Positions 9,921-19,264 are shown, counted from the first letter of the stretch. The stretch is 64,000 nucleotides of DNA from Parcubacteria group bacterium (GCA_041659685.1 JBAZXV010000001.1:97616-161615), one strand, 5' to 3'. Numbers and translations are program-made. Notes: a model not told the origin generated them from the sequence alone.

Positions 9921-10727
9921 ATGAAACAAAATAATCAAACCAAAGTTTTTGCTGCCGGATTCATTCTGGTGATTTTAGTTATAATTTGGTCTCTGGCGCG
10001 CCCTTTTGCGGAGAGAATCGGAGGCGGCAATGAAAACTCCGAGGAAAAAATCAATGCCGAAATATTAAAGGCGCCTTTAATAACTTCGGAGGATTTGCAT
10101 TCCAGAATAGCCGCCAAAGAAAAATTGTTCATAATCGACTTGAGGGGCGCCGGCGAATTTCAAAACGGCCATATTTCCGCTTCCCAAAATTCCTCAGCCG
10201 ATGAAAATGAGATACAGAAAAAAATTTCGGAAGGAGCGGACAAAAATTCTTCGATTATTTTCCTTAATCAGGGAGAAAATGTTTTTGAGGCGGCAAAGAT
10301 AGCCAATGATTTTGTATCAAAGGGATTCGTTAACGCAAAATATCTTCAGGGCGGTTTTTCCTCCTGGCAAAACCAGGCATTTCCCGTCGTATCCGGAGGA
10401 ATCAGCCCTTCTGATGAATCCAAATTGAAGACTGTTGATACGGATCAATTGATTGAAGACCTGGACATCGGAGAAAATGCAATCCAATTTGTTGATGTCA
10501 GGGATCCGGAAAGCTTCCAGAAAGAGCACATAAAAGGGGCTGTTAACATCCCTCTCGAGGACTTGGAGTCTAACTCCGGCAAGATATCCGGCATTAAGAA
10601 AATAATTATTTACGGGAAAGACGAAGATCAGGCCAAAAAGGCGGCCGTGACTCTGTTTGACCTTAATTTTTTTAATGCCTATGTGCTAAAGGGGAATATT
10701 GAGGCCTTAAAAAATTCCGGAAAATAA
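9921..10727 (+). CDS. Membrane-anchored tandem rhodanese-like protein with no cysteine
   Basis: N-terminal TM; two repeats IDLR..F.NGHI / VDVR..F.KEHIKGAVNIP; LQGGFSSW. Confidence 0.8.
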   Translation: MKQNNQTKVFAAGFILVILVIIWSLARPFAERIGGGNENSEEKINAEILKAPLITSEDLHSRIAAKEKLFIIDLRGAGEFQNGHISASQNSSADENEIQKKISEGADKNSSIIFLNQGENVFEAAKIANDFVSKGFVNAKYLQGGFSSWQNQAFPVVSGGISPSDESKLKTVDTDQLIEDLDIGENAIQFVDVRDPESFQKEHIKGAVNIPLEDLESNSGKISGIKKIIIYGKDEDQAKKAAVTLFDLNFFNAYVLKGNIEALKNSGK

Positions 10728-10883
10728 GTCCGTATTAAAATTTTCGGCCTCACTTGCCAAAAAATGAAGCTTCCCGAATTTACCTGTCTCGGCGGCAGGC
10801 AGGCCTCGCGGTCTTCATGTGCAAGGGAAGAAAAATCCAAACCCGCTTGGGTCTGGATGATTATGCAGTTGCAATTCAATAAA

Positions 10884-10909
10884 AAAAGCCTCTCAAGAGA
10901 GAGGCTTTT
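10884..10909. terminator. Probable bidirectional intrinsic terminator
   Basis: AAAAGCCTCTC-AAGA-GAGAGGCTTTT between convergent genes. Confidence 0.75.
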
Positions 10910-10912
10910 AAG

Positions 10913-11188
10913 TTATTTCACTATCGCCAGAATATCATCATTTTTTACGAGCAGGTATTCCGTATTTCCGGCTTTAATTTCGTTTCCCGAGTATTTTGAA
11001 TAAATAACTTTCTGTCCTTTCTTCACCTTTATCTTTTTATCATCTCCTACCGCGATAACCATGCCTTCCTGAGACTTTTCTTCGCTGGTGTCCGGGAGAA
11101 CAATTCCGGAAGCAGTTTTGGCGTCAGCCTTCAGGGGTTCGATCAATACGTTTTCCCCCAAAGGCTGGATTGTGGGATCATTTTTCAT
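10913..11188 (-). CDS. groES: Co-chaperonin GroES
   Basis: IQPLGENVLI, TASGIVLPD, AVG, YSKYSG and DILAIV. Confidence 0.95.
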   Translation of the reverse strand: MKNDPTIQPLGENVLIEPLKADAKTASGIVLPDTSEEKSQEGMVIAVGDDKKIKVKKGQKVIYSKYSGNEIKAGNTEYLLVKNDDILAIVK

Positions 11189-11278
11189 ATCAAGTAAAAT
11201 TAATTATTATTTGCACCGGATTTTATCTTAACGCGGCGTCCTTTGTCTGTCAATTGCCTGAGCGGCTCGTTAAGGGAT

Positions 11279-11539
11279 TTAAATAACCTTTTTTTCAACG
11301 GAGCCTTCGCTTTTTATCTCCTGGTCGGAATACAGCTTGTCTTTAGAAAAAATAAAGATATAAATTATTTCAAGGATTCCTAATGTATTAATGACGAGCA
11401 GAGCCAGATACCAAACAATGCTTTGATTGCGGGCTGCCTTCCAGAGGGCAATTCCCTTCCAAATCAAGCTCCAGACGACAATTGCGGCGATCAGCCATTG
11501 ATTAGCGTAAAGGTAATTAATAATTCCGATCCCGTTCAT
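11279..11539 (-). CDS. DUF5652-family small membrane protein
   Basis: WSLIWKGIALWKAAR...W...NTLGILEIIYIF signature. Confidence 0.8.
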   Translation of the reverse strand: MNGIGIINYLYANQWLIAAIVVWSLIWKGIALWKAARNQSIVWYLALLVINTLGILEIIYIFIFSKDKLYSDQEIKSEGSVEKKVI

Positions 11540-11574
11540 ATTTCAAAAGGTTAAGAATTACTATGTTATTTTAA

Positions 11575-12453
11575 TCAATTTATTGCTTTAAGGCAAGAAT
11601 TGTATTTTTCCACCTGATTGTTAAAATTTGCCGCCATGGTTTTTGTTTCTTTTACCAGGCCGTTGTAATCCCCGATCATTTTATTATAAGCGCTTACCGC
11701 TTCTTGGTAAGCAGTCTTGTTGCTTGCATCCAAAGAATTAATGTTTTTCTTTTGGCTGTCGATTTTGTCCTTAAGCCCGCTTATTTTATCCTGATTTGCA
11801 TCAATTTCATCTTTTAGCTCCTGACTCACCGGCGGGCAAAATGATGCGCCTGTTCCAAACTCCTGGACAGCCACCCACACCCTGGCGCCTTCGTAGTTTC
11901 CCTCGATAACCGCTACGCCAATTTCGCGAAAACCCGTGTTCAGAATATTTTCCCGGTGTCCGGGACTGTTCATCCAGGCTTCTACCAGCGACTTGTCATT
12001 TTCAAAGCCTCCCAAAGCCAAATTTTCTCCGATGATGAGATACTGGTAATTCACCTGGTCGGCCAGATCGGAAGGTCCGGTTCCATCCGGCGAGATATGG
12101 TCGAAATATTGCTTGTTTATGATATCCTTCGCCTTCAGCATTGCCGACTCATCCAGTTTTTTATTTTCCTTAAGTTCCGAAAGGCTATTGTCTTTTCTCT
12201 GGACGTTCGTCTCGTCGATAGTTCCGCTTCGCGTTAATTTTCCAAGAATGGCTTTCCCATTGGATCTCAATGGAGGAGGGGCATATACCTGCTTTTTAAT
12301 GCTCGAGGCAACGCTTTCGAATCCGCCATTTTCCATCTGCGCCAATTTATTCTCGGCCTTATGCCGAAGATTGTTTAAATCTGGCTTAAAATAAAGGAAA
12401 ATACCGGCAATAATCAAAATTATAGCGCCATAATATATTTTCTTATTAGTCAT
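11575..12453 (-). CDS. CAP/SCP-domain protein with N-terminal anchor and C-terminal coiled coil
   Basis: YFDH, GENLA, WMNSPGHRENIL and EIGVA. Confidence 0.9.
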   Translation of the reverse strand: MTNKKIYYGAIILIIAGIFLYFKPDLNNLRHKAENKLAQMENGGFESVASSIKKQVYAPPPLRSNGKAILGKLTRSGTIDETNVQRKDNSLSELKENKKLDESAMLKAKDIINKQYFDHISPDGTGPSDLADQVNYQYLIIGENLALGGFENDKSLVEAWMNSPGHRENILNTGFREIGVAVIEGNYEGARVWVAVQEFGTGASFCPPVSQELKDEIDANQDKISGLKDKIDSQKKNINSLDASNKTAYQEAVSAYNKMIGDYNGLVKETKTMAANFNNQVEKYNSCLKAIN

Positions 12454-12616
12454 AGTGAAATGATTTATTGAAATAAAACATATTCAATTATAACAAAAAT
12501 CCCGAATATGCAATACAGACAAACTTACTGTGCCGTTCAAACCGAAAAAACGGCTCGGATTTGGCTGAGTCCTAAAATTTTAATAATTCGTCAGGAGAAA
12601 AAATGTCAGATGCGAT

Positions 12617-12886
12617 TTAATCTCCGAATTTATATCTCTTTTTTATTTTTTGGCTGATTTTCCAAACGCAAGAAAGTCCGGACTCAAAAATCACCCAGTC
12701 CCCTTTTCCAAAACCGGCGCTTTCATTCCCGTCATCCGAAATAACTTCGGCCGCACCCTCAAGAATAAGACAGGTCTCTTTCCGGTCGTATTTCCAGGAA
12801 AATTCGGAAGGCTCCTTTTCCCACGTCGGCCAGCTTTCCGCCATTTTAATTTCTTCCGCAGTCGGATGTTTTACTTCAATTTTCAT
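12617..12886 (-). CDS. Cupin (DUF861/EutQ-like) protein
   Basis: WPTWEKEPSEFSWKY..ETCLILEG..GDWVIF..GLSCVW. Confidence 0.85.
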   Translation of the reverse strand: MKIEVKHPTAEEIKMAESWPTWEKEPSEFSWKYDRKETCLILEGAAEVISDDGNESAGFGKGDWVIFESGLSCVWKISQKIKKRYKFGD

Positions 12887-12907
12887 TTTTTGTTATTTCT
12901 GAACAAA

Positions 12908-13675
12908 TTATTTCTTTGGGTATCCGTCGGTTTGAATCTCCCATTTCTGTTGAAACTCCTGGCTGGTTCGATAGTCGAAAAAAACAGGCTTGAGCTTTCC
13001 GCCTTTTTCGAAAAGAGCGAACTCGTAGTATCCGGGATTATACTTTGTGTCGTATCGTTCCCCGGTGTGAGGAATTGCCTGAAGCGCGTTGTAAGCCGCT
13101 TGCCGCAGTTCGGGATCATCAAATGAGTATCTCATAATCCCATTGTGTCTGTCCTGCCTGGCGATATATTCAATTGCGGCTGCTCCTGATCCGATATCGG
13201 ACTGCCTTCCTTCTTTGAACTCGATCCAGATTTCGTTTTTTTCTCCGATTATTATGGTTCCGCCGAATTTGTTCGCGTATTCTTCCAGCTTTATTTCTAC
13301 AAGGCGGGATTTTTCAGGTGAAACCATTCTTCCTATAAACTCAAAAACTTGTTTCTTTGTTATATCAATTTGCGTGCACCTTTTGAAAATAAGATCTTTA
13401 TTATCCGGGTCATTTGGATTAATCGGATCCAGCGAGACAAAATATTTTCCGGGAGGAAGTTGGGAAAAATACATCTCGGGATCCTTAAGAAAGCCGACAA
13501 GGTCAGTCGTTACGAGCTCGGCCGTAGGAAGTCCCAATTCTCTGATTCTGCGAAGGCCTTCTCGTCGGTCTTCAGTGAGGGCTTCCGCGAGTTTTGGATA
13601 CATTTCCCTGAGTCTGGGATCTCTCGCCCAGTCATTGCTTTTAGACATTTTTTTTAGAGTTCCTTCTCTTTCCAT
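12908..13675 (-). CDS. Hypothetical protein
   Basis: 255-aa ORF co-oriented with neighbours; no family recognised. Confidence 0.65.
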   Translation of the reverse strand: MEREGTLKKMSKSNDWARDPRLREMYPKLAEALTEDRREGLRRIRELGLPTAELVTTDLVGFLKDPEMYFSQLPPGKYFVSLDPINPNDPDNKDLIFKRCTQIDITKKQVFEFIGRMVSPEKSRLVEIKLEEYANKFGGTIIIGEKNEIWIEFKEGRQSDIGSGAAAIEYIARQDRHNGIMRYSFDDPELRQAAYNALQAIPHTGERYDTKYNPGYYEFALFEKGGKLKPVFFDYRTSQEFQQKWEIQTDGYPKK

Positions 13676-13697
13676 ATAAAAAGCAAAATATAAATAA

Positions 13698-14171
13698 CTA
13701 TTTCTCTTTGATGGAGTTTACAAATTCATTCACCTTTTCCTCGAAACCTCCGGTTGCCACGTTTTTTGTCATAAGAGAAAGAACATCTTTCGGTTTTTTC
13801 TCGATTATTTCTTCCATTTCTGAAAAAGCGCGTTCGTCTCCGGATCCGCCCATCGTACAGAAAAAGGCGGCATTCTTGATGTTATCCTTCTGATCAGTCA
13901 CAAAAGTTCTCACGGGAGCTGACATATTCCATCCCCAAATAGGCGTTCCGATTATCAAGAGGTCATATTCAGCCAGGTTTTTTTGAAGAGGCATGAGTTT
14001 CGTGAGTCTTTTCTTCATCGCGTCTCTCCCTGACTTCAAATATCCCTTCACTCCGCTGCGATCCACCGTATCTTTTATTTCCTCGATATCCGCGCCCATT
14101 TTTTCGGCGATCATTTCAGCGACTTTTTTGGTGGTGCCGGTGCGGCTGTAATATATGACAAGAGTTTTCAT
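13698..14171 (-). CDS. Flavodoxin-like protein
   Basis: YYSRTGTTKKVA, GTPIWG and FCTMGGSG. Confidence 0.9.
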   Translation of the reverse strand: MKTLVIYYSRTGTTKKVAEMIAEKMGADIEEIKDTVDRSGVKGYLKSGRDAMKKRLTKLMPLQKNLAEYDLLIIGTPIWGWNMSAPVRTFVTDQKDNIKNAAFFCTMGGSGDERAFSEMEEIIEKKPKDVLSLMTKNVATGGFEEKVNEFVNSIKEK

Positions 14172-14251
14172 AAAAATTTTCTATGGCTTATATCTTTAAT
14201 AATATATAAATACAAAGATAAATACCAGCCTCTGAGAAAATGCAGAAGTTA

Positions 14252-14280
14252 AAAGGCGTTCACATCGTGTGAACGCCTTT
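14252..14280 (-). terminator. Intrinsic terminator
   Basis: AAAGGCGTTCACA-TCG-TGTGAACGCCTTT. Confidence 0.8.
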
Positions 14281-14299
14281 CGCTTGCCGAGTTAACGCT

Positions 14300-14758
14300 C
14301 TAACCCGGCAGATTTAATACTTCTTTACTCCGGAATTTTCCGAAGAATCTCCGGAGCCAGCTTCCTTCAGGCTCACTGGAGATTTCCCTGGGCGGCCGCG
14401 GAATCGGGCTGCCCATCTTCCAAAACCCTCCGGCAATCAGTCCGGCAATGAAAACTCCGGCGCAGATAAGGAATAGCGCGAGCGGGTTCCAATACCAGGG
14501 AGCCTTGGGATAAATATAGATTACTTTGGTCCCTTTGAAGGGAGCTTTCTTGGGAGCCGGAGCCTTTTTAGCCAAAAGATGCGGTGTCCCAATCTTCTTC
14601 GCAGGTTGCTTAACTGTCTTGGGAACAGTTTTTTTGGCCATAGCCGTTTTATTTGATTTAACTTCGGGCTGTCTGGCCGCCGCCGAAATTACAAACGGCG
14701 AAGAAAAAATAATAAAAAGAACTGCGCTTCCCCAAATGATAAATAGTTTTTTCATCAT
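14300..14758 (-). CDS. Hypothetical exported/membrane protein
   Basis: Signal peptide, Lys/Pro-rich linker and one TM; has its own promoter, SD-like site and terminator. Confidence 0.65.
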   Translation of the reverse strand: MMKKLFIIWGSAVLFIIFSSPFVISAAARQPEVKSNKTAMAKKTVPKTVKQPAKKIGTPHLLAKKAPAPKKAPFKGTKVIYIYPKAPWYWNPLALFLICAGVFIAGLIAGGFWKMGSPIPRPPREISSEPEGSWLRRFFGKFRSKEVLNLPG

Positions 14759-14872
14759 TCTCCCCCGAGAATAGAATTAACGGCTTCTTAAATTACTGCC
14801 GTCCCTAAATCACCGGAAAATTATAGTGACTAAGAGCCGGCAATAACCTTCCAAAAACATGCTTAACTGTTT

Positions 14873-14901
14873 ATTATACTCCTAAACAAGTCATTTGTCA
14901 A
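14873..14901 (-). promoter_or_regulatory. Consensus sigma70 promoter
   Basis: TTGACA-17 bp-TATAAT on the minus strand. Confidence 0.8.
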
Positions 14902-14992
14902 GCAAAAAAATTAGATTATTTATCCTTTTATAAAGCAAAAAACAGCCGTTTAATTCGAGTTATTTTCTTGCTTTGGGATATTTGAGCAGGCC

Positions 14993-15736
14993 CTAAGCGC
15001 TCTTAAGATAGGTTTCAACAGCCCGAGCGATGCCGGAAGCTGCTTTCTCCGGTTGATCCGCTATTATTTCTCTATCTGAAGGATCAGTCAAAAAACCGGT
15101 TTCGATGATTGCTGCCGGTGTATTTGGACTGATAGAATGTTCAAAACGCCGGTAATTAAAGGCGTAATATCCGCGCATGTCGCGTGTTACATTGGGATCG
15201 ACTTTAAGTTTCGTCGCGCCGCCGTAAATTTTTTCAAGATCGTTTGCCAGCTCAGCCCCCTTGCCGGTCGGATCATTCCAGGGGGAAGCAACCTTAAACC
15301 CCGAAACGCTGGAGTCTGCATTTCCATCCGCATGAATGGCGACAAATAAATCCGCCTGATAATCGGCAGGAACCGTGGCCGGCAAGACATCGACGGTATA
15401 CCCGTTATCCCTGAGAATTTTTGCCGCGTTTTGAGCAATGGCGAGATTAACCTCCCATTCTGATTTTCCTCCTCCGCTTGTTCCCCCGCCATATTGCCGA
15501 AGATTTGCGAGTTCATCGGGCAGTTCGCCGTTTTTCCAGTGGCCTGCCTGAAGGCCAATTCTAATATCGCTCGCAGGGCGCGATGCCTCAGCAAGCGTTG
15601 ATTGGGGTTTTTCTTCGCTATTTTCAGCAGAGCCAGGCAATCCGAAATCCGCTTTTGTTTTATATTTGGCAAAAATAGAAAAAAGGAAAAGGAGGGCAAC
15701 AAGAAAAATAGCCGCTGGTCGGATGTAATTACGCAT
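14993..15736 (-). CDS. N-acetylmuramoyl-L-alanine amidase (Amidase_3)
   Basis: LQAGH, EWEVNL, AIHAD and IIETGFLT; likely start MRNYI at 15736 with an N-terminal anchor. Confidence 0.88.
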   Translation of the reverse strand: MRNYIRPAAIFLVALLFLFSIFAKYKTKADFGLPGSAENSEEKPQSTLAEASRPASDIRIGLQAGHWKNGELPDELANLRQYGGGTSGGGKSEWEVNLAIAQNAAKILRDNGYTVDVLPATVPADYQADLFVAIHADGNADSSVSGFKVASPWNDPTGKGAELANDLEKIYGGATKLKVDPNVTRDMRGYYAFNYRRFEHSISPNTPAAIIETGFLTDPSDREIIADQPEKAASGIARAVETYLKSA

Positions 15737-15841
15737 ATATATTATAAAGCATTTAAATTTTAAAAATATCGGCATTTCAGCACAACAGACTATTACGCCT
15801 GTTTCTCAAAGCCGCTTTCTTTCCGGAGAACTCGCGGGAAA

Positions 15842-16219
15842 TTATCCCCTGCCGGCTTTTTGCGCTCCCTTCTCGTCAGAGCCGAAGTGATGAGCGATTT
15901 CATGCCGGACGGTTTTGAAGATTTGATTTTTGAGCTCTTCTTTTGTCGAGGAGATGTTTTCCAGGGGTTTTTTGAAAATGGTAATTCGGTCCGGAAGAAC
16001 AGGGCCGGAATCGAGGCGCTTTGACTGATGATAGCCTTCATAAAGTCCGAGGAGCAGAATATCTTTTTTACCCTGCAGTCTGGCTTTTTTAAGTTGCTCC
16101 CTGTCGGGATTATCTTCAACAAAAAAAGCCAGATTATTAATCCTCTTCTGGAATTTTTCCGGTAATCCGTCGATAGCCTCAGCCACCCATTTTTCAAATT
16201 GTTCTTTAGCGACTTGCAT
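15842..16219 (-). CDS. Zincin-like metallopeptidase (Zincin_1/DUF1025)
   Basis: LLGLYEG, PDRITIF and HEIAHHFG. Confidence 0.88.
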   Translation of the reverse strand: MQVAKEQFEKWVAEAIDGLPEKFQKRINNLAFFVEDNPDREQLKKARLQGKKDILLLGLYEGYHQSKRLDSGPVLPDRITIFKKPLENISSTKEELKNQIFKTVRHEIAHHFGSDEKGAQKAGRG

Positions 16220-16265
16220 AATCGATTTGAATTTGTATGGTCATTATACTGTTTTTTTGCCAAAC

Positions 16266-16291
16266 AAAAAACCCGCGCGAAGCGGGTCTTT
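16266..16291 (-). terminator. Intrinsic terminator after the cold-shock gene
   Basis: AAAAAACCCGC-GCGAA-GCGGGTCTTT. Confidence 0.65.
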
Positions 16292-16303
16292 TGCTATACA
16301 AGA

Positions 16304-16507
16304 TTATTGAATTCTTGATACATTGGTCGCGTTCGGTCCCTTAGGGCCTTCGCTAACCTCGAACTGAACCTTGTCGCCTTCTTTCAAATCATTGAACTCC
16401 ACTCCTTGAAGTTCTTTTGAATGAAAGAAAAGATCTTTGTCACTACCATCTACGGTAATGAATCCGAATCCGCGATCAGTCAGTTTCTTGATTGTTCCTT
16501 GTTGCAT
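16304..16507 (-). CDS. Cold-shock protein (CSD)
   Basis: RGFGFI (RNP1), LFFH (RNP2) and GPKGPNATNV. Confidence 0.95.
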   Translation of the reverse strand: MQQGTIKKLTDRGFGFITVDGSDKDLFFHSKELQGVEFNDLKEGDKVQFEVSEGPKGPNATNVSRIQ

Positions 16508-16602
16508 TTTTTCTTTCGCTATTTTAGTTAACTATCATCCGTCGCTATGCAAAAGAAAGTTCGACTACACTAATGTTGCATGCACTATGATATGATAAGA
16601 CA

Positions 16603-16631
16603 ATGGTAGCAGAACTGAAGATTTTTGTCAA
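16603..16631 (-). promoter_or_regulatory. sigma70 promoter of the cold-shock gene (long ~90-nt 5'UTR)
   Basis: TTGACA-17 bp-TACCAT with extended TG. Confidence 0.65.
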
Positions 16632-16782
16632 GTAAATATATTATGCCTTGTTTATCATATATTTTGACCCGCTTTCCAGCGAATTATGGGAAAAATTGAT
16701 TTCAACTCTGAACCCCCAAGCTTATTTTGCCAATTCCGTGAACAAAAACCAGTCCGGAGGGGTTCGGGGCAATATTAATGAT

Positions 16783-16819
16783 AAAACGGGAAAACCGATA
16801 AGTCCGGTTTTCCCGTTTT
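16783..16819 (-). terminator. Intrinsic terminator
   Basis: AAAACGGGAAAACCG-ATAAGTC-CGGTTTTCCCGTTTT, perfect 15-bp stem. Confidence 0.8.
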
Positions 16820-16843
16820 GTGCAGGCTGTCAGCCGCGCCATA

Positions 16844-17275
16844 TCAATGGCCGCCCGGATTTGCTCCCGATAAAATGCGGGCGGGCTCCATTCCCGCCTC
16901 AGCCATACGATCCAAGATTGCGGTCGCGATCTGATCGGGTGGCCGAATTGCCTCGATAGACCCGAATAGAGTGACGATATCCCCTTTTGCGGATGAATAA
17001 TAATACAGGGAATAATCCACCAATCTTTTCTGAAGGCTAATTTTGACGTCGGGTTTCCCGGCATAACGAACGGAACCAGCGCTTTTCCACTCGAACTTTC
17101 CCAGGCAAAGAATCACCTCCTTCGCTTTTTGCGCCTGGCCATCCGAGTGAGTTATTTGCATTATTCTGCCGTTTTTCCTCAACTCTGTGGTCCGGTTTTC
17201 TCCACTGAAAACCGTCGAACAGGTGAAGATCAGCAGAAATGCAAGAGTCAAAGAGCAATATCTCGCGGTCTTCAT
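16844..17275 (-). CDS. Hypothetical exported protein
   Basis: Signal-peptide-like N-terminus; upstream TTGACA-16-TATCAT (17327-17354) and a downstream terminator. Confidence 0.6.
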   Translation of the reverse strand: MKTARYCSLTLAFLLIFTCSTVFSGENRTTELRKNGRIMQITHSDGQAQKAKEVILCLGKFEWKSAGSVRYAGKPDVKISLQKRLVDYSLYYYSSAKGDIVTLFGSIEAIRPPDQIATAILDRMAEAGMEPARILSGANPGGH

Positions 17276-17494
17276 TTTGAATCCATCCTTTTCAATGAAT
17301 TTAGAAACGGCAAAATAAGACCCCCTATGATATCACAGGAAATTAATTTGTCAATGATAATTACGCATGTTTAAAACAAAAAATACCGAAGAAATCGGCG
17401 AGTGCGACGAGGGCATTCTCTTTTTCTCCGTCTGTATCGGAGCCGCGGTAGCATGTTTTTTCCGGAACACGGCGCCGGAACCGGAACCAACAGA

Positions 17495-17914
17495 CTAATC
17501 TAAAAATCTTTTAATTCTAAGCCCTATCGCTTCCAATATTTCGGGCGGCAGAGTAAAATCATGGTCTGTCCGGTAACTGTGTCCCCATCTTTCGTCCTTA
17601 AAGGAAACTCCTTCAAATTCCTTTTCTGAAGAATATCGGGGGACGACATGCGCGTGAAGGTGTCTCGTCCCATTTCCCAGGAAGGCGTAGTTCATCCAGT
17701 CCGGCCGAAATGCGCTTTCGATCGCCTTTTTCAGGTTTTTCAAGATACGAAACAATTCTTCCTGCTCCTCCTTCGTTGCGTCAGTCATGTCCAAGGCATT
17801 TTCTCTTTTACACCAGATGACGCATCTTCCCAAATAACTCTGGTTGCTGTGTGTCAAAACCGTCCAATACTCAAAGTCCTTTATTATATTTTTAGAGTAA
17901 TTTTCCATTTTCAT
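17495..17914 (-). CDS. HIT-family hydrolase
   Basis: HLHAHVVPR histidine triad; MNYAFLGN. Confidence 0.9.
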   Translation of the reverse strand: MKMENYSKNIIKDFEYWTVLTHSNQSYLGRCVIWCKRENALDMTDATKEEQEELFRILKNLKKAIESAFRPDWMNYAFLGNGTRHLHAHVVPRYSSEKEFEGVSFKDERWGHSYRTDHDFTLPPEILEAIGLRIKRFLD

Positions 17915-17979
17915 CTTAATTTTAGGGCGCCTATAAATTTCCGGCTCCAGGGTTTGGATGTTATCATAACTTGATGCTT

Positions 17980-18240
17980 TTATTTTTTCCCTTTGATCAA
18001 GCGGATTTTTTCAATTCTTTTCATTTTCTTGATCCGGGCTTCTTCTTTGGAGGCGGATGACCTGTTTTTGAATTTTTTCGAATACACGAGCCTCACCGGG
18101 CGGCGCGAGGAAGTATATTTCGCGCCCAGTTTGGCGCCTCCGTGTTCAATGATCCGCCGCGCGAGATCGGTGGTGATTCCGGTGTATAAAGTTTCATCGG
18201 CGCATTCAAGGATATATAGATAGTACATATTTTTCTTCAT
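17980..18240 (-). CDS. GIY-YIG nuclease family protein (UPF0213)
   Basis: YLYILEC..LYTGIT..RR..H..GAKYT..RRP..E..IK. Confidence 0.92.
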   Translation of the reverse strand: MKKNMYYLYILECADETLYTGITTDLARRIIEHGGAKLGAKYTSSRRPVRLVYSKKFKNRSSASKEEARIKKMKRIEKIRLIKGKK

Positions 18241-18249
18241 CTTTTCCGG

Positions 18250-18654
18250 CTAATTCACGCCGTGTTCCATGAAGCATTCGGCATATTTCCGGTCCATTTT
18301 TTCCAGATGATTCTCCAGCCAGTCATTTAAAAAATAAACGACGTTGCCATAAAAATCGATTTCTTTTCCGGTCTCCTGATTTTTTATTCTTTTGATTTCA
18401 TCTCTCATCTTTTGATGCATAAACTTATGCTCTTTTGCTCCTTCATAATTGAATTTATCAAAATATTTTTCTTCAGTGGTAAAATGCTCTTCGGCGTAAT
18501 CAGAAAGCACCTGGAAAAGATGTTCCAGTTTTTGTTGACCCTTATTCGATATGACTGCGCCATATAGGTCGTTAAGGAGGGTGATGAAATACCTGTGCTG
18601 CTGGTCAATTTCACTTACTCCGATACTATATTCATCTTTCCACCTAATTTCCAT
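18250..18654 (-). CDS. Bacteriohemerythrin
   Basis: W..YSIG..IDQQH, HFTTEE, HKFMH and WLENH...D. Confidence 0.92.
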   Translation of the reverse strand: MEIRWKDEYSIGVSEIDQQHRYFITLLNDLYGAVISNKGQQKLEHLFQVLSDYAEEHFTTEEKYFDKFNYEGAKEHKFMHQKMRDEIKRIKNQETGKEIDFYGNVVYFLNDWLENHLEKMDRKYAECFMEHGVN

Positions 18655-18663
18655 AATATTAAA

Positions 18664-19110
18664 TTAGCAGTTAATGGCAAGCCTGGATGTCGAAAGCCGG
18701 CCAAAGAATTTTTCCGGATCGATGAAATTCGAGATGTTTTTAAGATCTACGCTTTTGCGGCTGATGTCGACATGAAGGTGCGGTCCCCTCGTAAGTTTCC
18801 CGGTGTTTCCAGTATAGCCGATAATCGCGCCCTCCTTATATTTTCCGACTGCGGAATATTTTGAAAGGTGCATAAAGCGCATCACAATCTCGCCGTAGTC
18901 CCGGACCGCAAAACTGGCATGGACGGTTTTTCCGCCTTCGGGAAAATCTCCGGCCCTTATGATTTCGCAGTCGTGCGGAGCGTATACGGGAGTTCCTTTA
19001 TTCACAAAATAATCGACACCAAGATGAAAATCGGAATAAAAAGTCTTCTCGCCGAATTTGTATCCCCGCTTGATTTTTCTCCAATTTTTCAAAGGATACC
19101 GCATAATCAA
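18664..19110 (-). CDS. M23-family peptidase
   Basis: HLGVD, GTPVYAP, MHL, IGYTGNTG and GPHLH. Confidence 0.9.
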   Translation of the reverse strand: MIMRYPLKNWRKIKRGYKFGEKTFYSDFHLGVDYFVNKGTPVYAPHDCEIIRAGDFPEGGKTVHASFAVRDYGEIVMRFMHLSKYSAVGKYKEGAIIGYTGNTGKLTRGPHLHVDISRKSVDLKNISNFIDPEKFFGRLSTSRLAINC

Positions 19111-19145
19111 GGCTGTTTACTCTCGAAATTCGATATTTTCCTGTT

Positions 19146-19174
19146 ATTTTATCAAAAAATGCTCAATTTTTCAA
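19146..19174 (-). promoter_or_regulatory. sigma70 promoter for the M23-hemerythrin-GIY-YIG-HIT genes
   Basis: TTGAAA-17 bp-TAAAAT with extended TG. Confidence 0.55.
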
Positions 19175-19264
19175 ACAACATGACAGGCCGCAATTATAAG
19201 ATTTTCTATAATCCCTTGACCGTTTGATTTTGTGTTGCTTGTCTTCTTCTACTGAGATCGGCTG

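Noticed and set aside
16702-17064. Frameshifted continuation of the 16844-17275 gene
   Set aside because: It runs through a perfect terminator hairpin and has no protein-like signal
17944-17959. Possible att remnant of the tRNA-Gln 3' end (GCTCCAGGGTTTGGAT versus GCTCCGGGACTTGGAT)
   Set aside because: Only 13/16 identity and no integrase; cannot be distinguished from chance
17938-18251. 9-nt TTTCCGGCT direct repeat flanking the GIY-YIG gene as a target-site duplication
   Set aside because: TTCCGG words are very frequent in this genome, and no terminal inverted repeats are present
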